This document shows, one piece after another, positions 1 to 9,984 of a stretch of DNA of 64,000 nt (within the stretch, counting starts at the first letter, position 1; every line of letters starts with the position of its first letter). A program made the position numbers and the translations under genes. Location: the NCBI GenBank assembly GCA_035946335.1, contig DASYZL010000006.1:1772-65771 (forward strand). Direction: 5' to 3'. The notes under the pieces were generated by a model. The model was not told where the DNA came from, did no database searches, and worked only from the letters and a program-made list of their open reading frames with translations. The stretch comes from Patescibacteria group bacterium. GTDB lineage: Bacteria; Patescibacteriota; Microgenomatia; Levybacterales; UBA12049.

Positions 1-77
1 AGTAAGATAAAAATGCAGAGAAAAACAAGGTAACTCAGGAACTGAAAGTAATTATTACTTTCTTTGACCCAGATGTA

Positions 78-1070
78 TTATTTCATCTTTGTAACCATAA
101 AGGAGGAATTTCCTGCTAACTGATATCCAGAAATCACAGGACCAATATTGTTTAGTTTGCCTTTTTGCATAGTTGCTTCCATAAGATTATATCCTTTATT
201 CTCCTCCGACTGCAGGAAGTATATGCGATTTTTCATATTGGAAAACACGGGAAAAGCAAAATCACCTGACGCAAGTGTTTGTACATTCATTAGACCGGTA
301 TCGGTAAAATCAGCACGATAAAGAGTAACTGTATTCATATCACTATTTCTTCCCAGAAAAAGAAGCGTTTTCCCATCAGGCGAAAATGACTCCTGGTAAG
401 CATTCTTATTTTCAAAAGTAAGCGTTGTCGTAAAACCGGTATCTTTACTGTACTCTTCAATAGTAGAGTATGGCGCAAGTGTCTTCGAGTCATATTGATA
501 GTAATCGTAGAGAAGCACATTCCCGTTGACAGGATTAAATACCGGATGCGCAATGCCTCCTGAGTAGGGATCAGGATTTGCAATATTTGTCGATGTACCA
601 TCTGAAAGATTTAATACGTATAATGCATTATCAGGAACATTTGTCTGCTGCCTATCCTTATCAGATACATATGCAATTCTATCTTGAGCCGGGTTTACTG
701 CAGGATCAGTCACCCAGTGCATTGTGTCTACAGTACCGGTATTTCCGTTAAACAATGTTTTTATTTTATTGCCTGACTGGTCATACAGCAGTAATGAAGC
801 ATAGTTGATGGTTTTTGCAACAGCAATAATATTACCTCCCGCCATAACAGGTTCAATCAGGTTTTGACCGTGAATAATCTGCTTACTGTTTGTTGTTGTC
901 AGCTGATAAATATCACCACCATTACTTATGGTAACCATATCTCCTGGAGCAATATTTTGCAGGTTAAATGCGGGCGCAGTATTTGTCACCAGTACTGCAT
1001 GAAATGAGGCAAATAGATACCCGATAATAAGGGGTAAAATGCTGAATAGTAGTAATACTCTTTTTTTCAT
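78..1070 (-). CDS. TolB-like (PD40) beta-propeller surface protein
   Basis: N-terminal TM/signal; repeated DPAVNP..RIAYVSD, HPVFNP, SFSPDGKTLLF, FPVFS motifs. Confidence 0.7.
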   Translation of the reverse strand: MKKRVLLLFSILPLIIGYLFASFHAVLVTNTAPAFNLQNIAPGDMVTISNGGDIYQLTTTNSKQIIHGQNLIEPVMAGGNIIAVAKTINYASLLLYDQSGNKIKTLFNGNTGTVDTMHWVTDPAVNPAQDRIAYVSDKDRQQTNVPDNALYVLNLSDGTSTNIANPDPYSGGIAHPVFNPVNGNVLLYDYYQYDSKTLAPYSTIEEYSKDTGFTTTLTFENKNAYQESFSPDGKTLLFLGRNSDMNTVTLYRADFTDTGLMNVQTLASGDFAFPVFSNMKNRIYFLQSEENKGYNLMEATMQKGKLNNIGPVISGYQLAGNSSFMVTKMK

Positions 1071-2116
1071 TGTTGAATATCCTGTTCGTTTGATAAGTTT
1101 GTCAAAGTTGTCTGCGCTGCTTTTGTACCAAAAAGCGTTTCAACAAGCTTTGCAGATTCGGTTGCATTTGCAATAACAATACTCTGGCCGTCTGATGATG
1201 TACCAACTTGTGAGTACGTTGGCGGAGAAAGCGTGAATTGCTTTTCAATGAGACTGTTTTTATTTGTCAGGAAAAAGAACCCAAGCTGTGCGCTATCTGT
1301 AAGGGTAACATCTGTTTTTATTTGACCTTTCAGGTTATCAAATAACCGCGGGGCATCAGTCAGGAGATTTGGCGATGAAAGCAGTGTCTGCTTTAACGCT
1401 AAAAGGAGTTGCCTTTGTCGCTCTGTTCTGCCAAAATCTCCAATTAAGTCTTCATGTCGGGATCGAACGTACTGAAGAGCCTCTTCTCCTGTCATATGCT
1501 GCATACCAGGCTGAATATCAAGACGTTGGTATCCATATGGGTTAGAACTATTAATATCCGTAGGATATGCATTGTCCAGTACTGGATGTACTACCTGTAA
1601 ATTGATGCCTCCAATAGTATCGATACTTTTGATAAACCCATATAATCCTACCCAAGCGTAATGATCAATTGGTATACCAAATGTTTGTTCAACCACTTTT
1701 ATCGCACTGGGGATTCCTTCATATTCCGCAGCTTGATCTATTTTTCCATAGATTTGTTGATCTGGCATTTTCACCCATAAATCTCTGGGAATAGAAAACA
1801 TATCCACTTCTTTTTTTGCATAGTCTATGTGAACAACCATCATTGTTTGCGTTAAAGGATTACCGGTAAACTTTTGATCGTTATCACTCCCAAGGAGAAG
1901 AACATTTGTTTGGTTTGGAAGCTGAGATGTGCTAACAAGCGTTTTCAGGGTAATGTGCTGATTCATCGCTGAAGTGATAAATTGCTCAAGAGCGCCCAGA
2001 AAATAAACAGTGAAGCCAATGCAAAAGAAAACAACAGCAAAAACAAAACAAATGAGTACCCGAATAACAAAAGGCTTCTGTGTCTTTTTTACAGGATTCT
2101 CTTGCATACTGCACAT
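1067..2116 (-). CDS. LCP (LytR-CpsA-Psr) family cell-envelope phosphotransferase
   Basis: N-terminal TM; NVLLLGSD, SIPRDLWV, ALQYVRSRH, DFGRTERQ motifs. Confidence 0.92.
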   Translation of the reverse strand: MCSMQENPVKKTQKPFVIRVLICFVFAVVFFCIGFTVYFLGALEQFITSAMNQHITLKTLVSTSQLPNQTNVLLLGSDNDQKFTGNPLTQTMMVVHIDYAKKEVDMFSIPRDLWVKMPDQQIYGKIDQAAEYEGIPSAIKVVEQTFGIPIDHYAWVGLYGFIKSIDTIGGINLQVVHPVLDNAYPTDINSSNPYGYQRLDIQPGMQHMTGEEALQYVRSRHEDLIGDFGRTERQRQLLLALKQTLLSSPNLLTDAPRLFDNLKGQIKTDVTLTDSAQLGFFFLTNKNSLIEKQFTLSPPTYSQVGTSSDGQSIVIANATESAKLVETLFGTKAAQTTLTNLSNEQDIQQ

Positions 2117-2319
2117 TGTACCAATTACATTACGGAATAGTCTACATTATCTGATCATTGCTTATTTGTTTAATCTCTTTTATTTTTTGTTGCGAACTAA
2201 ACCATGTCCCTAATTTTTCAAGAAGTGTCTTGTCCATATGAAACGTTATCACATTATAATAAATCTCATAAACAAAATGCTTTGCTTGCATGTTTTTTTG
2301 TGTTATGCTAAATATTCTC

Positions 2320-3120
2320 ATGGAGAACATTATCGCTGTCGCTGATTTGGTAAAAAAATTTCAGAGTTTTGTTGCGGTAAATGCCATTACGTTTCAAGTC
2401 GGCAAAGGAGAAATCTTTGCTTTTCTGGGACCAAACGGCGCCGGCAAAACAACAACGATCAAAATGCTCACGACACTTCTGCAACCGACCAGCGGGACAA
2501 TAACAATTAATAATTTTGATGTTGTACGGGAAAAAGATAACGTACGAAAATCGTTTGGCATTGTCTTTCAGGACCCTAGCCTTGAAGACGAACTGACCGC
2601 AGAAGAGAATATGGAGTTTCATGGGGTACTCTATAATGTTCCAAAGCATATCCGAAAGCAGAGAATAAAAGAATTGTTAACCTTTGTCGAACTTTGGGAT
2701 AGAAAAAACAGTCTCGTTAAAACGTTTTCAGGCGGTATGAAGCGCCGTCTTGAGATCGCTCGAGGCTTATTGCATCATCCAAAAATCTTTTTCCTTGATG
2801 AACCTACTCTTGGGCTTGATCCACAAACGCGAAATCACATCTGGAGTTATATAAAAAATTTGCGTGACAAAGAGGGCATTACGATTTTCTTTACAACACA
2901 CTACATGGAAGAGGCACAGGAAATGGCAGACAGAATTGCTATTATGGATCATGGAAAAATTATGACAATCGGTACATTACCAGAATTGCTCCAGGCAACA
3001 AAAACAAAAAGCCTTGAAAAAGCATTTTTGCATCTTACCGGTAATGAGATTCGCGATGAATATGCAAGCGCTTCCGAAAGACTAAAAGCACGTCCCTTTA
3101 TGAGGGGGCGGATGGGATAA
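2320..3120 (+). CDS. ABC transporter ATP-binding protein (DrrA-like)
   Basis: GPNGAGKT, FSGGMKRR, FLDEPT; likely start ATG 2320. Confidence 0.95.
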   Translation: MENIIAVADLVKKFQSFVAVNAITFQVGKGEIFAFLGPNGAGKTTTIKMLTTLLQPTSGTITINNFDVVREKDNVRKSFGIVFQDPSLEDELTAEENMEFHGVLYNVPKHIRKQRIKELLTFVELWDRKNSLVKTFSGGMKRRLEIARGLLHHPKIFFLDEPTLGLDPQTRNHIWSYIKNLRDKEGITIFFTTHYMEEAQEMADRIAIMDHGKIMTIGTLPELLQATKTKSLEKAFLHLTGNEIRDEYASASERLKARPFMRGRMG

Positions 3121-3129
3121 TACATTACT

Positions 3130-3873
3130 ATGAATGCTATTTATATTTTATGGCTCCGCGAATTAAAACGGTATTTCCGTTCACGGGCGCGGATGATTGG
3201 CTCATTGGGACAGCCTGTTTTGTTCCTACTGGCTTTGGGCTTTGGACTTGGGCCTGTGTTTCAACGGGCAGGACAAGGAAACTACTTTCAATTTCTCGCA
3301 CCAGGCGTTATGGCAATGGGTATTTTGTTTACCGCAATTTTTGCTGGTATTCAAGTCATATGGGACAAACAGTTTGGCTTCCTGAAAGAAACTCTCGTTG
3401 CTCCTGTATCACGCCTTAATATTATGCTTGGCAAAACGCTCGGCGGGGCAACCATTGCCTTCATTCAGGGAACAGTTGTTTTTATCCTGGCAATTATTTT
3501 TGGCTTTCGCCCCGACTTGACACTTTTACCGCTGACACTTTTATTCATGCTTATTATTGCCATTTTCTTTACCGCTTTGGGGATCTCGGTAGCATCAATG
3601 CTTGAAGATATTTCGGGTTTTCAGCTCATTATGAATTTTCTCGTACAACCATTATTCTTTTTATCCGGTGCGCTCTATCCGTTAACAAATTTACCCTCAG
3701 TATTAACAACCATTACCAGTATTGATCCCTTAACGTATGGTGTGGACGGTATTCGAGGATCGCTAACACATACGACTCATTTCGGCTTGGGTACTGACCT
3801 GGGCGTTCTTATCATATTGATGTTTGTCGTATTAAGTATTGGCAGTTATCTCTTCTCCAAGATAGAGATGTAA
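3130..3873 (+). CDS. ABC-2 type permease
   Basis: 6 TM; FLSGALYP and DPLTYGVD motifs; follows the ATPase. Confidence 0.92.
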   Translation: MNAIYILWLRELKRYFRSRARMIGSLGQPVLFLLALGFGLGPVFQRAGQGNYFQFLAPGVMAMGILFTAIFAGIQVIWDKQFGFLKETLVAPVSRLNIMLGKTLGGATIAFIQGTVVFILAIIFGFRPDLTLLPLTLLFMLIIAIFFTALGISVASMLEDISGFQLIMNFLVQPLFFLSGALYPLTNLPSVLTTITSIDPLTYGVDGIRGSLTHTTHFGLGTDLGVLIILMFVVLSIGSYLFSKIEM

Positions 3874-3949
3874 TCATTGCCATATTTTCGTACAGCGTTT
3901 TTTTAAATCCCTCTTGACAACATGGATCCGCATATGTCTTACTAAGAAT

Positions 3950-4138
3950 ATGAAAAGGAAAAAAGTCGCCAAGAAGAAAACAATTTCACATAGAAAAAAA
4001 GCGGATCAGGTATTTTATAAAAGATTTTTTATTGCATCCTTTACGTTAGCAGTTGTTATCCTGTTAAATTTTGCATTTTTGCAGTTCCAGCAATCCCATC
4101 AGACACAACAAGTAGCGGGAGCATCCACAACACAATAA
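3950..4138 (+). CDS. small membrane protein
   Basis: Lys-rich N-terminus, one TM, ends QVAGASTTQ; TTGACA at 3914 upstream. Confidence 0.6.
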   Translation: MKRKKVAKKKTISHRKKADQVFYKRFFIASFTLAVVILLNFAFLQFQQSHQTQQVAGASTTQ

Positions 4139-4162
4139 TTTCTTCTCTCTTTCTCTAAAAAA

Positions 4163-5221
4163 TTATCCGAAAATATACTTTGCACCGGGAAGTTTTTTTC
4201 CTATCGCGACAATAAGAAACGTCACCGTGAAAGTGATCAATGATGGCAACAGAGCAAATAATGCAAGCGGTTTATGCAGCTGCCAAGGCCACAAGTGGAA
4301 ATAGGTCTTTACCAAATCCAGCATGAGGTAATGTAAAAGATAGATGCCGAATGTTGTTGAGGCAATAAATAGTATATATGGTTTGTATTTTACCGAAAAT
4401 GCGATATCCTTAAGAGCAAGAAAGAAAAACAGGCTCATTGGGAATAATGTCGGACTGTAGTTGAAAACAATAAACGCACTCATGTTCCCTCTTGCAATAT
4501 CATTGGTAATAAAACCTAAAAGCAGGTAACAAATACCCAGAAGAAACGCCACTTTCCCTGATATATGTATTGAGCGGAAATAACCGCCTGCAAAAAAATA
4601 ACTGAGATACGGGATAAAAATGGTAATGATGTTTCCTGTTACGTCAAAATGATATGCTGGAAGATTTGCCCAGACAGCACACAAAAGACTTACCATAATC
4701 AAACCGAATAATAACCAGGCCTGCGCTCTTCTGCTTGCTGTGGCCATACATGTTACGAGAAACGGTGCAACAAGGTATAGTTCAAGAATAATGACAAGGA
4801 AATATAAATGACGTAAGTTGACAAACCAGATGGATGCAAGAATATATTGCGGCGTAATTATCTGATGTCCCCAAAACGCGTCCCACCAGAAATATACTAT
4901 AGTCCAAATGACCAATGGAAGGAATATACGGGAAAATCTCCGTTTTAAAAATTGTTTTTTATCTGTTGTCTTCTCTTTCCGTAAAATCAAAAATCCGCTG
5001 AGTAAAACGAATACCGGCACGGCAACACGCGAAAGCGTGTTGAGATAGTAGATAATATACCATGACATATCACCCTTGAGTGTCGGCCAAAGCACAAACA
5101 TATCTGTTGAGTGACTGAAAACCACAAAAAACGCAGCAAGAATACGTATAATATCTGCAGAAAGGGTATACTGTTTTTTCTCCACTGTTCGTATTGTACT
5201 GAGATGCTTTTTTTGACGCAA
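4163..5221 (-). CDS. acyltransferase family 3 (surface polysaccharide O-acetyltransferase-like)
   Basis: DIIRILAAFFVVFSH, AVPVFVLLSG, HLYFL, TFGIYLLH; multi-TM. Confidence 0.9.
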   Translation of the reverse strand: MRQKKHLSTIRTVEKKQYTLSADIIRILAAFFVVFSHSTDMFVLWPTLKGDMSWYIIYYLNTLSRVAVPVFVLLSGFLILRKEKTTDKKQFLKRRFSRIFLPLVIWTIVYFWWDAFWGHQIITPQYILASIWFVNLRHLYFLVIILELYLVAPFLVTCMATASRRAQAWLLFGLIMVSLLCAVWANLPAYHFDVTGNIITIFIPYLSYFFAGGYFRSIHISGKVAFLLGICYLLLGFITNDIARGNMSAFIVFNYSPTLFPMSLFFFLALKDIAFSVKYKPYILFIASTTFGIYLLHYLMLDLVKTYFHLWPWQLHKPLALFALLPSLITFTVTFLIVAIGKKLPGAKYIFG

Positions 5222-5278
5222 GACGCGCTTTACCTTTTATTACCTTTGTACAATACTCACATCTGCTATACTAATAGT

Positions 5279-6046
5279 ATGAGCAAAAAGGATGCGATTA
5301 TTCAGGTGAAAAATCTGATAAAGAAATTCGGGAATTTTACTGCAGTGGATGATATTTCGTTTGAAGTTTATGAAGGTGAAATCTTCGGCATACTGGGACC
5401 AAACGGTGCAGGCAAAACAACGACACTGGAAATCATAGAAACTTTGCAAAAGCAAACAGACGGCGAAGTCCTGGTTGATGATATCAACGTTAGCCAACAT
5501 CCATGGGAAGTGAAGCAACGGATTGGCGTACAATTACAGTCAACAAATTTTTACCCGGAATTGAATCTTATAGAATTATTAAAACTCTTTGGTGCAATGT
5601 ATGACGTTCCAGTCAACCCAATGGAAATGCTTAAGAAAGTACAGCTTGAAGATAAAGCAAAAAATTATGTGAAGCAGCTATCCGGTGGACAAAAACAACG
5701 GTTCTCAGTCGCTTCAACTTTAGTCAATAAACCGAAAGTGATTTTTTTAGATGAACCGACAACCGGACTGGACCCACAGGCAAGATTGCATCTATGGGAT
5801 ATGTTGAGCGATATTAATAAAGAAGGGACAACGCTTGTTTTAACAACCCATTATATGGAAGAGGCTGAAAAATTGTGTGACAGAATTGCAATTATGGATC
5901 ACGGGAAAATACTGCAGATTAACACACCGAAAAAATATATTTCGGACTTGCTTGAAACGGGTTTTAAAAAAGAAGTTGTACAGCAAAAAGCAAATCTGGA
6001 GGATGTCTTTTTGCATTTGACAGGGAGAGGTTTACGGGATGAGTAA
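5279..6046 (+). CDS. ABC transporter ATP-binding protein
   Basis: GPNGAGKT, LSGGQ, FLDEPT; start 5279 lies 6 nt after TATACT. Confidence 0.95.
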   Translation: MSKKDAIIQVKNLIKKFGNFTAVDDISFEVYEGEIFGILGPNGAGKTTTLEIIETLQKQTDGEVLVDDINVSQHPWEVKQRIGVQLQSTNFYPELNLIELLKLFGAMYDVPVNPMEMLKKVQLEDKAKNYVKQLSGGQKQRFSVASTLVNKPKVIFLDEPTTGLDPQARLHLWDMLSDINKEGTTLVLTTHYMEEAEKLCDRIAIMDHGKILQINTPKKYISDLLETGFKKEVVQQKANLEDVFLHLTGRGLRDE

Positions 6047-7136
6047 AAATTTTAGGAAACCAAGACAGTTACCTGGTTACTTTGCATTGTCATGGTATGC
6101 ATTTAAAGCTCAAACGCGAAATCCAGCAACGTTTGCCTTCGGGTTTATTTTTCCGATAGTCTTTATTAGTATCTTCGGGCTCATCGGAAATACACCACAA
6201 AAATTGACGATTGGCGTTCCAAAGACTTCATCGCAAAATAACCCGGTCATTGCTGCATTACAAAAACAATCGTACGTTATACTGAAGCGAAGTAATGAAA
6301 GTACCCTTGAGACGCAACTGAAACAGGGGAAGCTATCCGGTATTCTCGCAATTACAGAGATGCCAGCAAATCACTTTTCCGTTTCTCTCATAACCTCTTC
6401 TGCCAATCAGCAGGAAGCAGCGACGTTACAAGGTACGATGCAGGGAATTACAGATGCATTGAATCTACATCTTGCCGGCGTAACACATCCACCTGTCACA
6501 TTAACACAGCAGGAAGTATCAGGGAGACAAAATCGCTACATTGATTTTGCTCTTCCCGGACAAATCGGTTTTTCCCTGCTATCTACTGCAGTATTTGGAA
6601 CTGTTTTCGGATTGATTTATCTGAAAAAGGCACTCGTGTTAAAACGGATGTTCTCTACCCCCTCCCGTCCGCTGACAATTTTATTCGCACAGGGAACGAG
6701 TAGGCTCATCATGGCAATCATGCAAACATTATTGATTCTCCTGTTCGGCGTATTCCTCTTCCATTTCTACTTACCCCATGGACTGATAACATTTGCAGAA
6801 CTGATGCTCATTGCTGCATTAGGGTTAATTGCATTTTTGGGATTTGGGTATTTCATGGCAGGACTAGTGAATGACGAAAACTCCGCAAGTCCTCTTGTGA
6901 ACCTGGTAACGCTGCCTCAATTTTTGTTAAGCGGTACTTTTTTCTCAACAGATTCCCTTCCGAATTGGGTGCAACCGATTGCGAATAATTTACCGCTTTC
7001 GTATTTCAACGTCGCTGTACGGAAAATTACTACTGAGGGAGGAAACTTCGTTGATACAGTACCATATCTTATAGGTTTACTCCTTTGGGGCATAGTGATG
7101 TATGTACTTGCTGCATGGACGTTTAAGTGGGAATAA
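6039..7136 (+). CDS. ABC-2 type permease with extracellular domain
   Basis: TM pattern, LLSGTFF, PLSYF; overlaps the ATPase stop. Confidence 0.9.
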   Translation: MSKNFRKPRQLPGYFALSWYAFKAQTRNPATFAFGFIFPIVFISIFGLIGNTPQKLTIGVPKTSSQNNPVIAALQKQSYVILKRSNESTLETQLKQGKLSGILAITEMPANHFSVSLITSSANQQEAATLQGTMQGITDALNLHLAGVTHPPVTLTQQEVSGRQNRYIDFALPGQIGFSLLSTAVFGTVFGLIYLKKALVLKRMFSTPSRPLTILFAQGTSRLIMAIMQTLLILLFGVFLFHFYLPHGLITFAELMLIAALGLIAFLGFGYFMAGLVNDENSASPLVNLVTLPQFLLSGTFFSTDSLPNWVQPIANNLPLSYFNVAVRKITTEGGNFVDTVPYLIGLLLWGIVMYVLAAWTFKWE

Positions 7137-7148
7137 TTTTCTTTCCCG

Positions 7149-8327
7149 TTACTTCTTCTGTTTGGATTCGCGCTCGGCAAGGAAGAAAATTGGTAGTGCG
7201 ATTAGTTGCAAAAGAACGGAAAAGAAAATAAGAGCTGGAATCGATTTATCATACAACACTCCTATTGTTGCACTTCCAAGAAACCAGAAAATACCATAAC
7301 TTGTATCAAATACGCCGAATCCAGTACTTCGCTTGTTTGCAGGAATAATAGGTACGAGTATCGATTTCAGTAGCGAATCTTGGGCGCCTATACCTGCTCC
7401 CCATAAAATCATCCCGAAAAGCGCAAAGAGCGAATTGCCGAGAAAAATAAATGGAGCAAATAAGGAAGAGATAAAAAATGCAATGAATACTGATGGAAAA
7501 CCTATTTTATCCAACAACTTACCAAACAATAACGCTGTTATGGCACCTGTTGCCATCGCAACTGCATAGTAGATAGGAATAATATGACTGGAAATAATAT
7601 GTGTTTTTTGGAAATGGAATGAAATAAGGGAAAAATCCACAAACCCGGCTGCTATGCATGCACCTGCTATCACGGAAAACCAGTATGCACTTGAAAACCC
7701 TTTTGTTCGCAATGGTATTGCTTCTTTTTTTTCTAAGTCTTGAGGACGCGGATACAAAATCCTGGCAAGAATAAGGGTAACAAAACACAATACTGCTGAA
7801 ATAAGAAGTACGGCAAACCCATACCTATAACCCCCTTTTAGATAAAGTACGAGAGCAACAATTAATGGTCCAATTGTTGCTCCTGTCTGATCAAGCGCCT
7901 CATTGAATCCAAATACCCACCCTCGTCCCATTTCTTTTGTTGTATATGCGAGCATGGTATCAATGTTTGGTTTTCTTATCGCCCTGCCTGTTCGCTCAAG
8001 TATCATTAACGCTGCTGCTGTTGGCCAGTTACCGGCAAGAGCGAGTGCCGGAACTGCAAACAAATTGATAAAGTAACCAAAAAGGGTCATTAACCAGTAT
8101 TTATGGGTTTTATCACCAATAAACCCTGTGATTGAACGTAATCCATATCCCATCAATTCACCAAACCCTGCAACGAATCCAACAATTGTTCCGCTGGCAC
8201 CCAGAGTCCCGAGAAATGCGCCCATGACGCTTCGCCCACCCTCATAGGTAAAATCTGCAAAGAGATTAACGATACCAATGATGAGAACAAAACGGAATGC
8301 CAAATTGGCAATATGCTTTTTCGTCAT
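7149..8327 (-). CDS. MFS transporter
   Basis: about 12 TM; G..GDK motif, ERTGRAIRKP, GRGWVFG. Confidence 0.9.
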   Translation of the reverse strand: MTKKHIANLAFRFVLIIGIVNLFADFTYEGGRSVMGAFLGTLGASGTIVGFVAGFGELMGYGLRSITGFIGDKTHKYWLMTLFGYFINLFAVPALALAGNWPTAAALMILERTGRAIRKPNIDTMLAYTTKEMGRGWVFGFNEALDQTGATIGPLIVALVLYLKGGYRYGFAVLLISAVLCFVTLILARILYPRPQDLEKKEAIPLRTKGFSSAYWFSVIAGACIAAGFVDFSLISFHFQKTHIISSHIIPIYYAVAMATGAITALLFGKLLDKIGFPSVFIAFFISSLFAPFIFLGNSLFALFGMILWGAGIGAQDSLLKSILVPIIPANKRSTGFGVFDTSYGIFWFLGSATIGVLYDKSIPALIFFSVLLQLIALPIFFLAERESKQKK

Positions 8328-8434
8328 AGTAATAAAAGTATACCACTAAAATAAAAATCAATGAGAAAGGTTCTTAATAAGCAACAGGGCCCAAGATCAG
8401 GAAGCGCAATAAAATATGATATACTCAAGTACGT

Positions 8435-8839
8435 ATGAAGCTGCAGCACGCACTCTCTATGCAAGGTATATTTGTATTGGTATTTCTGGTTATTGAATAC
8501 TTCCTAGGTATGTTTACGAATTTATTTATATCGTTTCCGAACAATACATATGGAGGCAAAGCCTGGGTATTTGCGTGGCGCCAAATTCCGCTAGCACTCC
8601 ATATCATCGTAGGATTTTCTTTGTTGGTTGGCGCAATTGTCTTAGTAGTCAGAGCAATCAGACAAAAAAATAAAAACTGGATACTTGCATCTGTTATTGG
8701 TTTTATTGCAATTCTTTCTGCTGCACTTGCAGGCGCATTGTTCATTTCTTTACAAAGGAGCATTTATTCGTTCATTATGGCTATAAGTTTTGTAGTTGCT
8801 CTATTTGCCTACGGATGGGGAGTATACAAAGAACGATAA
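8435..8839 (+). CDS. hypothetical 4-TM membrane protein
   Basis: hydrophobic helices; TATACT just upstream of ATG. Confidence 0.7.
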   Translation: MKLQHALSMQGIFVLVFLVIEYFLGMFTNLFISFPNNTYGGKAWVFAWRQIPLALHIIVGFSLLVGAIVLVVRAIRQKNKNWILASVIGFIAILSAALAGALFISLQRSIYSFIMAISFVVALFAYGWGVYKER

Positions 8840-8891
8840 AAACAATTCCCTTTCATTATCACCATCAACAATCTACTCATAGATAAAACTA

Positions 8892-9041
8892 TTATCTTTT
8901 TATCACAAGTGTGCTAGGGAATATTGGAGATTTCCCAATAAACATCACTTTACCGGCTGATTTGCTCTGGCTATAGTATGTAGCACCATACAACACTGAG
9001 AAAAAAATGAGCAAGAACAGAACAAACAAAACCTTACGCAT
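8892..9041 (-). CDS. 49-aa single-TM/signal peptide protein (MRKVLFVLFLLIFFSVLYG...)
   Basis: below ORF-track cutoff; start overlaps the stop of the upstream 58-aa ORF (ATGCGTAA). Confidence 0.5.
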   Translation of the reverse strand: MRKVLFVLFLLIFFSVLYGATYYSQSKSAGKVMFIGKSPIFPSTLVIKR

Positions 9042-9210
9042 CTGAAACAATGTGGAAATGTTTTTTGCTTTTTCTGATTCCTCTTCTCATGAATTTTTGT
9101 AAAGAATAAAATATCTCAAGGTACGTAGTATTTGTTTCTTTCATAATGTCAATATGATACTCATTCATACATTTTTCGTGCAAGAAATAGTACCAAGCAT
9201 ATCCCCACAT
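9034..9210 (-). CDS. 58-aa hypothetical protein (MWGYAWYYFLHEK...)
   Basis: strong SD AAGGGGGTGA just before ATG; below ORF-track cutoff. Confidence 0.5.
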   Translation of the reverse strand: MWGYAWYYFLHEKCMNEYHIDIMKETNTTYLEIFYSLQKFMRRGIRKSKKHFHIVSDA

Positions 9211-9248
9211 AGTTCACCCCCTTTCCTTTTGTGTGTTTTATTAGTATT

Positions 9249-9274
9249 AAAAAACCAGCCATCTGGCTGGTTTT
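9249..9274 (-). terminator. intrinsic terminator
   Basis: AAAACCAGCC-AGAT-GGCTGGTTTTTT on the minus strand. Confidence 0.75.
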
Positions 9275-9528
9275 CTGGTTTCTTGGTAATCGTTTTTATT
9301 TACTCTACACATAGATATAACTTCATATGAGAAACCAGTAGATTTTCCGGTCCGTTAACAAGAGAGATCAATGAAGAAGGTTTGAAAGTCAATGTAACCA
9401 TACTGAATTGTATTATTATCACAGTGTTTCATTTCTGTCAATGATTTTTTTCACCCAGAACAGCAAAGTAACCCATCCTTGAAAAAATAGTCAAAATTTT
9501 TATACTTTTTTATGGTATAATCACATTA

Positions 9529-9957
9529 ATGCATAAAACATTTTATGCAAGCGGATTTTTATACCATTTACCTTCTGAACAAATTCTCTTGCAACAAGAT
9601 ACTTCTTTATACAATCATGCATCTCATTGGTTTTTATTCTGCAGAAAATATACTAAAAATGAGAATCCAGAGGAAGTTTTCCAAAAAATAATCTTCGACT
9701 TCCTTGGTATAGAAGCGGTTTCAGTCCAACCAGTGTACTCATATGAGAATGAACATGCGAATCAATGTATTTTTTATTCTGAATTGGAAGCATTACAAAA
9801 TTTTTCTTCAAAAAATGGCCTTACTTTTAAATGGTTTACATTCAAAGATGTTGAAAAACTAAAAATTATGGAACAAACGAAACACGATATCGTTGTCGGA
9901 CAACGGGTAATTAATGCAGCATCAAGAAAACGGAGAGGTGAACATACATTTCTCTAA
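9529..9957 (+). CDS. NUDIX-fold-like hypothetical protein
   Basis: ASGFLYH..ILLQ start, degenerate NUDIX box, FKWF. Confidence 0.6.
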   Translation: MHKTFYASGFLYHLPSEQILLQQDTSLYNHASHWFLFCRKYTKNENPEEVFQKIIFDFLGIEAVSVQPVYSYENEHANQCIFYSELEALQNFSSKNGLTFKWFTFKDVEKLKIMEQTKHDIVVGQRVINAASRKRRGEHTFL

Positions 9958-9984
9958 ATTACCTATCTCTTCAGAGATATGACA

